A DNA stretch of 43,375 nt, from the NCBI GenBank assembly GCA_040400605.1, contig JBBAPZ010000012.1, positions 57,364 to 100,738 on the forward strand, in the 5' to 3' direction. Of this stretch, positions 37,643 to 43,375 are shown piece by piece (position 1 is the stretch's first letter; each line of letters begins with the position of its first letter). Both the position numbers and the translations under genes were made by a program. The notes under the pieces were generated by a model, which saw only the letters and a program-made list of their open reading frames with translations, did no database searches and had not been told where the DNA came from. The DNA comes from Candidatus Sericytochromatia bacterium (GTDB lineage Bacteria; Cyanobacteriota; Sericytochromatia; S15B-MN24; JAQBPE01).

Positions 37643-39114
37643 CAGATCACCCCCTGCAACAATTGCCCTTCCGGCACCGCCAGTGGATTGCCATTCAAGT
37701 CAGTCACACCCGGTTCGACGAACAATTTGAAGTGAGTATAGTCCCTCAAGAAGCCAACGGGCAGTTCAAAGATCACACGATCAGTGGCCCTTCCGTGATA
37801 ACGGCCCTTTGCAATGGGTGAATTGCCGCTTTTGCGGGGATCCGACGCCTCAAACGCCTCACGGTCCCGTCGTTCTTCAACCTTGCCAAGCACAAAGCGG
37901 TAATGACTCGCACGCAGCACCTCCCCATCCAGCGCCGATTCCGGAAAGCCGCAGACCGGCTTGTCAAAGCGCACCTCCAGGCTGTCCGCCGTGCCGGCAA
38001 GACCGGCGTAAAACCGTGCGTCTAGCACCCTGGAGCCCGTTTGATCAGGCTTTAGACTAAACACCGCCTGGGTATGGTGCGTGCCCGCCCACAGTTTGGC
38101 AGCCGTCGGGCGTTCGCTCAAAATGGCTTCGTTCGGCTTGATGCCGACAAAGGGTGCGATCGCCCGCCGCCCGGGGGTATGGGTATGGTCACGGGCGTTG
38201 TCCACCACCTGCCATCCCAAAACCGCGCCCGAGTCACTCCGGGGCCAGCGATCAAGCGCTGCTTGCTGATCAAAACCCACTGTTACGGTGGTGCTCTCAG
38301 TACGGCCAACAACGAGAGGCGCACCGAATTGAAACGTGCCGGACTTGCGATCGCTCGCCCATTCAAAACGGGCACGCATCTCCCGGTAATTCGTGTTCAC
38401 CCGCAGTGTCTCATCCGCATCAGTTGATGGATCACTATCTAACGCCCCTTTGATCCGCACCCGCAACAAATTGGCAAAGACACTCAAAGACTCCTCTTCG
38501 AGCGCCTGCGAGAACCAAAATCGAATGGATAACGGGTTTGCTGCCACTCCCTTGGCCTGATTGGCCGGCTCCACCCGGGCTATTTCGAAGTGTTTGCTCA
38601 AGAAATACCACATCCCTTGGTCCAAACCGCCAAAGTCTACCCGATTGGCTGGTTCATCCGCATCATCTTCCGTCCGGGCAACGATCCACTCACGTGTCCG
38701 CACCCCATACCCGGGCGCCGTGGCTTCAAGGCTTAGACGCGTGCCCACCCGCAATCCGCGCAAGACATAGGATCCGCCCTGCGCGCGCAAAGTCTGGTTC
38801 AACTCAGGGTTCGTCTCGGAACGCACCGTTACTGTGCCACCCTCAATCGCGGCACCTTCTTCGTCTCTGAGACTGCCAAGCAGCAGTTCCGAGCCCGCTT
38901 CAGCCGCGCTTGGCACCACACTCGGCACAGGCGCTCCACTGGGCACCACACCAGGCGCCAGGCTGGCACCCACACTCGGCAGCACCGAGGGTTGTAACTG
39001 ACCGCCGTCCGTGGGTGCAAGAGTCCCAGGCCCAACGCACGCCGTGCCCAAGGCCAAAACCACAGAAGCACCAGAAGCCATCCAAAATCTGAAGGTAGCC
39101 GTCACAGTACGCAC
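37642..39114 (-). CDS. Surface lipoprotein paralogue P2
   Basis: Lipobox-like GTAC; LGSLRDEEG; NRVDFGG; YFLSKHFEIARVEP; WAGTH; VRFDKPV; DLNGN; TGATG overlap with P1. Confidence 0.85.
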   Translation of the reverse strand: MRTVTATFRFWMASGASVVLALGTACVGPGTLAPTDGGQLQPSVLPSVGASLAPGVVPSGAPVPSVVPSAAEAGSELLLGSLRDEEGAAIEGGTVTVRSETNPELNQTLRAQGGSYVLRGLRVGTRLSLEATAPGYGVRTREWIVARTEDDADEPANRVDFGGLDQGMWYFLSKHFEIARVEPANQAKGVAANPLSIRFWFSQALEEESLSVFANLLRVRIKGALDSDPSTDADETLRVNTNYREMRARFEWASDRKSGTFQFGAPLVVGRTESTTVTVGFDQQAALDRWPRSDSGAVLGWQVVDNARDHTHTPGRRAIAPFVGIKPNEAILSERPTAAKLWAGTHHTQAVFSLKPDQTGSRVLDARFYAGLAGTADSLEVRFDKPVCGFPESALDGEVLRASHYRFVLGKVEERRDREAFEASDPRKSGNSPIAKGRYHGRATDRVIFELPVGFLRDYTHFKLFVEPGVTDLNGNPLAVPEGQLLQGVI

Positions 39115-39157
39115 CCCTTTTTGCCAAACTCAATCGGGACGCCCATCCAAACAATTG

Positions 39158-40879
39158 TCACTCGATGGCACCCAACGCGCTGTCAGACGCGTCATCCAGG
39201 GGGTTCAGCGCCGGATCGCCCAACTCCTCAGTGCCCCCGGCCACATAGCGCGAATCCGAACCGGCCCACACTTTGACATACTCCGCATCCAACGGAAATG
39301 CGCCCCCCGGCAGGCTCAGAATGACCACGCGCGGGTTCTTGGGACTCAGATTCACTTTAAAATCACCATCGCTTGCCTTGTTAGAGGCCACCAGCATGCC
39401 CTGCCTGCCGGCCATGGTCTTACGAATGCTCTCGATAGAGGAGCCAACCGCGATGTCCCCCGGTGTCAACGCACCACCGAGGTCCTGTTTTTCGAGTTCA
39501 TCCCTGCGGGTGCCGGTGGCAATCACGTAATTGTTCAAGCTGAGCAGGCCGGGGCTGGTGATGCGCGGGTAGGCCACCATGGGCTCAGAGAAGGTCAGTT
39601 CGATGCGATCGACGCTCGCCGCCCCGTCTTCCACATACTGCCGCCTCGCAAGCACCCGTTCCAGCTTCGGCGCCACCTCATCTTGGGCAACCTTAAAGGT
39701 TGTGAAGCTCTGGTGGGTTTGTGCCCAACGTTTGGGCCCATCGTCATCCGCGCGGCGCTCAAAGCTGATGGCGGCTTCGCGCACGGCTGAGGCGATCACT
39801 TCCCCTTTGCTATATTGACCAAAATTGTAACTGAGGCGTTTGAGCGGGTTGCCAAATTTATCTTTTTCGATGGGATCGAGCGTGACCACCAAATCCTGTC
39901 CCAGTGGCACCCCTTGCTGATCCTTGATCACCTCATCATCCTGCGCCACCAGCAAGAAAGCGTAGGCGGCTTCGCGATCGCGCCCGGTCTTGATGGGTGC
40001 ATCGAGTGCGAAGGTCGCGGTGCGGTTATCACTGGCCCATTTGAATTCCGACACGGCATAGCCGTTTAAGAAACCGGAATTCTGCCGATAGCGGTAAGCA
40101 GTATTCTTTAAGGCGGCATCAACCGCAAGCGCACCGATCCTCAAGCCCGGCAATTCCTCCGTTTCGGCCGGCAAGGCATCATTGGCTGCCAGGGCTTCGG
40201 CGTTGTTGGGAATGATCAAAAAGGCGGCTGCGAGTCGCCGCTGGTTGCTGACGTCCAGGGGTTCGCTCACGACGAGTTTGAAGTTCAATTTGGCGTTGGA
40301 TAATGACGAGTCGAGATCAACGGGTTCGACGCGTTCGATCTCCGGGTAATCCGCGATAAAGTAGCCGGGTCCATCCGGATCGGCCGCATCATCGGGCCCG
40401 CCAAAGTTAAACATGTTGCGGCTCACTTGCCGTTCGGACACCCGGCGCACCACCGCCACGCGGGTGCGCGTCGTCCAGCCTGGCCGACTGACGGCAACGG
40501 ACACCTGCGTGTTGAGGGGTATGCCATTCACGACATATTGCCCGCCAGCGACCACACCGCTCGCCTCAAAGGGCACCGTTTTATCCAGGGAAACCACCGT
40601 GATGCGTGCGCCGTCGCTGACCAAGGCGCCTTCAATGTCATAGACCTTGCCGCGAATCGTACCGGTCTCCGCGACGCCAGCCTGCCCCGGCGCACCGGAA
40701 GGAGCAGGTTGCTCCGAAGCCGGTGAAGTACTTGGCCCACTCGCAGGCGGCGCCGTTGACGCCCCTGTGGATGGCAACGGCTGCACCGCTGAACCACCCA
40801 AGCCTTGCGGCTGGCAGGCTACCAAAACGGTTGCAGTCAGTAAAACCCCATAACGAGCAGGCCATCGCGCCATCATCAT
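39158..40879 (-). CDS. Surface lipoprotein paralogue P3
   Basis: AAGGAG RBS; lipobox LVAC; IRGKVYDIEG; NMFNFGG; YFIADYPEIERVEP; SEPLD; WAQTH; IELTFSEPM; DPALN. Confidence 0.88.
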   Translation of the reverse strand: MMMARWPARYGVLLTATVLVACQPQGLGGSAVQPLPSTGASTAPPASGPSTSPASEQPAPSGAPGQAGVAETGTIRGKVYDIEGALVSDGARITVVSLDKTVPFEASGVVAGGQYVVNGIPLNTQVSVAVSRPGWTTRTRVAVVRRVSERQVSRNMFNFGGPDDAADPDGPGYFIADYPEIERVEPVDLDSSLSNAKLNFKLVVSEPLDVSNQRRLAAAFLIIPNNAEALAANDALPAETEELPGLRIGALAVDAALKNTAYRYRQNSGFLNGYAVSEFKWASDNRTATFALDAPIKTGRDREAAYAFLLVAQDDEVIKDQQGVPLGQDLVVTLDPIEKDKFGNPLKRLSYNFGQYSKGEVIASAVREAAISFERRADDDGPKRWAQTHQSFTTFKVAQDEVAPKLERVLARRQYVEDGAASVDRIELTFSEPMVAYPRITSPGLLSLNNYVIATGTRRDELEKQDLGGALTPGDIAVGSSIESIRKTMAGRQGMLVASNKASDGDFKVNLSPKNPRVVILSLPGGAFPLDAEYVKVWAGSDSRYVAGGTEELGDPALNPLDDASDSALGAIE

Positions 40880-40899
40880 TGTCTCCTTAAAACGACAAA

Positions 40900-40926
40900 C
40901 CTCCCCTGTCCACAGGACAAGGGAGG
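40900..40926 (-). terminator. Intra-cluster terminator-like hairpin between P4 and P3
   Basis: Minus strand CCTCCCTTGTCC-TGT-GGACAGGGGAGG followed by TTTGTCGTTTT; the one non-Watson-Crick pair is a G-U only on the minus strand. Confidence 0.7.
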
Positions 40927-40938
40927 CGCAAACAGCGT

Positions 40939-42435
40939 CTAGTTCACCACGCCGTCTTTGACGTTGTCAGCGGTGCCATCCGACTGCTTGCTGGTCTCGC
41001 TTATTGCGTTACCCGCAGGATCGGTGACCGTCTTTTTCACCAGCACGCGGACGTGCTCTGCCTCGACCGGGAACTTGGCGGCAGGTATGTCGATGTTGAT
41101 CACCCGCGCGTCCGACGTACTCAAGGAGATCGCATTCGTGCCGTTGGTCAAGCTCAGAATTGTCTTGTTTCTGGTGAACCCCTTCAAGTCATCCAAAGTG
41201 AAAGTACCCAGATTCAACAAGGTCGCATCTTTTTCCATATCCGTGCCACGAAGCGGCGTTTCACCGAAGGCCAATACATAGTTCGCCAAGGTGGTCAACT
41301 CAGTACTCGCAGTATTACCGAAGACCTGAACGGGTTCGGAGAAGGTCAGTTCAATGCGCTTGAAACTACCACTCGCCAACTGAATCGTGCTGGCCTTGAC
41401 AGAAGCCAAAGTTGGATCCGTATCATCCTCAGCAACCGAAAAGCCGCCACTGCGATTATGGGTCTCATCCCAGCGCTTCGCCGCCGTATCGGCGCTGGTC
41501 GAGAAGCGCAGCGAAGACGCCTTCACGATGTTTTGATAAGCATCGGCCTCAGCCGTGTTATCGAAGCCCAGGGGCTTGTTATCCTTGTCGGTGATCAAGG
41601 GCGCACCCACCAACCGGGTCAAGGTAAACGCATAATCCTTGTCTTTGTCCGACAAAGCGCGCTGGGGCGCATCAAAGGAATATACCACCGAGCTGCCGGC
41701 CGCGTTCCACACCATGCTCGCGCGCACCTTGTTATCAAGAAAGGCAGACGAGCGGGTCAAGCGAATGCCCCCTTCAGACGAAATCGCGAACGCCTCGTTA
41801 AACCGGCGCTGATTCTCTTCATCGAGTGGCTCACTAAGGTTGATCGTAAACACAACCTTTTCACCTTTGGCAGTCTCATTCGAACCAAATGCAGACGCAA
41901 TTTCCGGATAATTAGATATAAAGAACGGGGCCCCCGTGCTGGAGGTGCCGCCAAAGTCAACCACATTGCGGGCCTCAGTCTGCGTATCAAATGCGTCCAC
42001 CCGGTCGCGTGAGGTCCAACCATCCTTGGTGGCTACGATACGCACCTGAACACCCACTGGCACACTGTTAAACACATAGTTGCCGTTGGTTGTCGTGGCG
42101 GAAGCGGTATAGGGCTGTTGTGTGTTCAACGAGGTAACGGTGACGCGCGCACCTTCCACCAGCGCACCCTCTTCGTCGAACACCTTGCCTTGCACGGTCA
42201 CCACCTTACCGGAGGCTGGCGGGGCGCTCAAGACAGGCGCCGGTGTCTGCCCTGGCAGTGCAGCGGTGGACGCCACAGCCGACGGGCTGGCAACGGGCGC
42301 GGCTGACGGCTGCGAAGGGGGCGTCGACGCGGTGGGCGATACCACGGGTACGACCGGGCCGTTACAACCCGCCAGAGCAAGTACACTGAGCGATCCCGCC
42401 ACTGAAAGCCAGGTAACCAAACCAGAACGCGCCAT
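40939..42435 (-). CDS. Surface lipoprotein paralogue P4
   Basis: GAGGAG RBS 9 nt before ATG 42435; lipobox LAGC; VQGKVFDEEG; NVVDFGG; FFISNYPEI; SEPLD; WDETH; IELTFSEPV; DPAGN. Confidence 0.88.
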   Translation of the reverse strand: MARSGLVTWLSVAGSLSVLALAGCNGPVVPVVSPTASTPPSQPSAAPVASPSAVASTAALPGQTPAPVLSAPPASGKVVTVQGKVFDEEGALVEGARVTVTSLNTQQPYTASATTTNGNYVFNSVPVGVQVRIVATKDGWTSRDRVDAFDTQTEARNVVDFGGTSSTGAPFFISNYPEIASAFGSNETAKGEKVVFTINLSEPLDEENQRRFNEAFAISSEGGIRLTRSSAFLDNKVRASMVWNAAGSSVVYSFDAPQRALSDKDKDYAFTLTRLVGAPLITDKDNKPLGFDNTAEADAYQNIVKASSLRFSTSADTAAKRWDETHNRSGGFSVAEDDTDPTLASVKASTIQLASGSFKRIELTFSEPVQVFGNTASTELTTLANYVLAFGETPLRGTDMEKDATLLNLGTFTLDDLKGFTRNKTILSLTNGTNAISLSTSDARVINIDIPAAKFPVEAEHVRVLVKKTVTDPAGNAISETSKQSDGTADNVKDGVVN

Positions 42436-42587
42436 CGTCAAATACTCCTCATTTCAAAATCGTTGACCCGATGCCTGCTAAGTCACGTATGCAACAAATG
42501 AGCAACCGAGCTTTCAAATACCCTTATTACGAACAAAACAAACCAGACAGAAGTTTCAAGCAAAATAACACACTACCCGAAAAAATA

Positions 42588-42998
42588 TCAACGATGCATG
42601 AGTGGATTGATGCGTCGCTCAGAACGGAAAACTCGCATCATCCGATGACAGTTCGGTTTGAGATCACTCTCGCCGGTACAGGCAATGAACTCGCTGGTAT
42701 GCAGGTTCACTTTATCACCGACCTTCAATTCCTTAAATTTTTGGGCTTCATCCCAATGAACCGGATAAAACACGTCATCCACTTTGACGTAACGGCCGGT
42801 CGCCGAACCCCAATGGGCTTTGTATGGATCCTGGCCGAGCTGGTAGATTAACTGCTGCTCACTGGCCACGGTTTTGAGTTCTTGCACGGTGCCGAACACG
42901 TTGGGTTCTTGCACGTCTTTTGGCAGTTCCTGTTTACAGGCGATGAGACCCAAGGCGATCGCAACTAAAGCTGCCCCGTGCACCAAAGTGCGCGTCAT
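42588..42998 (-). CDS. Small lipoprotein of unknown function
   Basis: GAGGA RBS; lipobox LIAC; beta-rich body with LKVGDKVNL and a CTGESDLKPNC cysteine pair. Confidence 0.8.
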   Translation of the reverse strand: MTRTLVHGAALVAIALGLIACKQELPKDVQEPNVFGTVQELKTVASEQQLIYQLGQDPYKAHWGSATGRYVKVDDVFYPVHWDEAQKFKELKVGDKVNLHTSEFIACTGESDLKPNCHRMMRVFRSERRINPLMHR

Positions 42999-43016
42999 GA
43001 TGAATCATCCTCACTT

Positions 43017-43055
43017 TTAAAAAAGGAATGCCCCCAAAAGGCTTGGGGGCATTCC
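43017..43055 (-). terminator. Strong intrinsic terminator after paralogue P5
   Basis: GGAATGCCCCCAA-N5-TTGGGGGCATTCC perfect 13-bp stem followed by a T-run on the minus strand. Confidence 0.85.
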
Positions 43056-43078
43056 AAAAAACCAAACCGATTCAGGAC

Positions 43079-43375
43079 TTAGAGCGAACCTGTCACCAAG
43101 TTGTTGTCCGCATCCGTGCCGCTGATGTTGTTACCAGCAGGATCGGTGATGTCAGCCACACGAGCTTTGAGCTCCGCCAAGTCAACACCAAAGAAGGTGG
43201 TCGAAGGCAAAGTAAACAATACCCGCTTCGCATCCTTGGAATCGACAGCCAAGGTAGCACCGGTTGCGGTCGTGAAGGTGAACTCTTTCTTGGCATCAGC
43301 CTTGGCAACACTGCCCGTGGTCGCATTCAAACGACCAGCCGTGCCGATGTTTGCATCCAGTGTACCGTCGAGCTC
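43079..43375 (-). CDS. C-terminal part of surface protein paralogue P5 (5' part outside the window)
   Basis: Frame open to the window end; AVDSKDAKRVLFTLP...F...ITDPAGNNIS aligns by eye with the P4 C-terminus SLSTSDARVINIDIP...F...VTDPAGNAIS. Confidence 0.8.
   Translation of the reverse strand, partial: ELDGTLDANIGTAGRLNATTGSVAKADAKKEFTFTTATGATLAVDSKDAKRVLFTLPSTTFFGVDLAELKARVADITDPAGNNISGTDADNNLVTGSL

Noticed and set aside
36554-42012. Plus-strand ORFs such as 36554-37150, 39011-39790 and 41053-42012
   Set aside because: Antisense to the lipoprotein paralogues, whose shared motifs identify the real frames.
1-43375. tRNA, rRNA, transposase, integrase, prophage or defence genes
   Set aside because: None recognised by eye on either strand; a tRNAscan/Infernal run would be needed to exclude small RNAs fully.

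Overview
GC-rich bacterial chromosomal window with no mobile element, CRISPR array, tRNA or rRNA that I can support. The gene content (Ycf46-type AAA ATPase, DUF3370-like protein, many Pro/Ser/Ala-tethered lipoproteins, an outer-membrane barrel, no photosynthesis genes here) suggests a diderm relative of cyanobacteria, possibly Ca. Sericytochromatia; this is an inference. Left part: the rimP-nusA-ylxR-infB-rbfA-truB operon with its leader terminator, followed by an AMIN-like/beta-barrel protein and a repeat-rich lipoprotein, plus a candidate 6S-like RNA and hpt upstream. Middle: Ycf46-type ATPase, cystathionine beta-synthase and gamma-lyase, coaD, a stand-alone Rieske protein, hisS, deoxynucleoside kinase, TerC-family protein, class II ribonucleotide reductase, HU, REC-GGDEF cyclase, DUF3370-like, LolA-like and DUF5069-like proteins, an M13 peptidase and GTP-dependent PEPCK. 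The main highlight is the right ~10.6 kb: at least five divergent paralogues of one Ig-like surface protein family (four complete lipoproteins and one C-terminal fragment), a small lipoprotein, a propeller-like lipoprotein, a membrane-anchored TPR protein and a Wzy_C/O-antigen-ligase-family enzyme, all on the minus strand. This is a candidate glycosylated surface-layer or appendage system with its own O-oligosaccharyltransferase. Two DNA-level oddities are also noted: kb-scale G+T versus C+A skew flips that do not follow gene direction, and clustered GCGATCGC (HIP1) octamers. All product calls come from motif recognition by eye; no database search was run.
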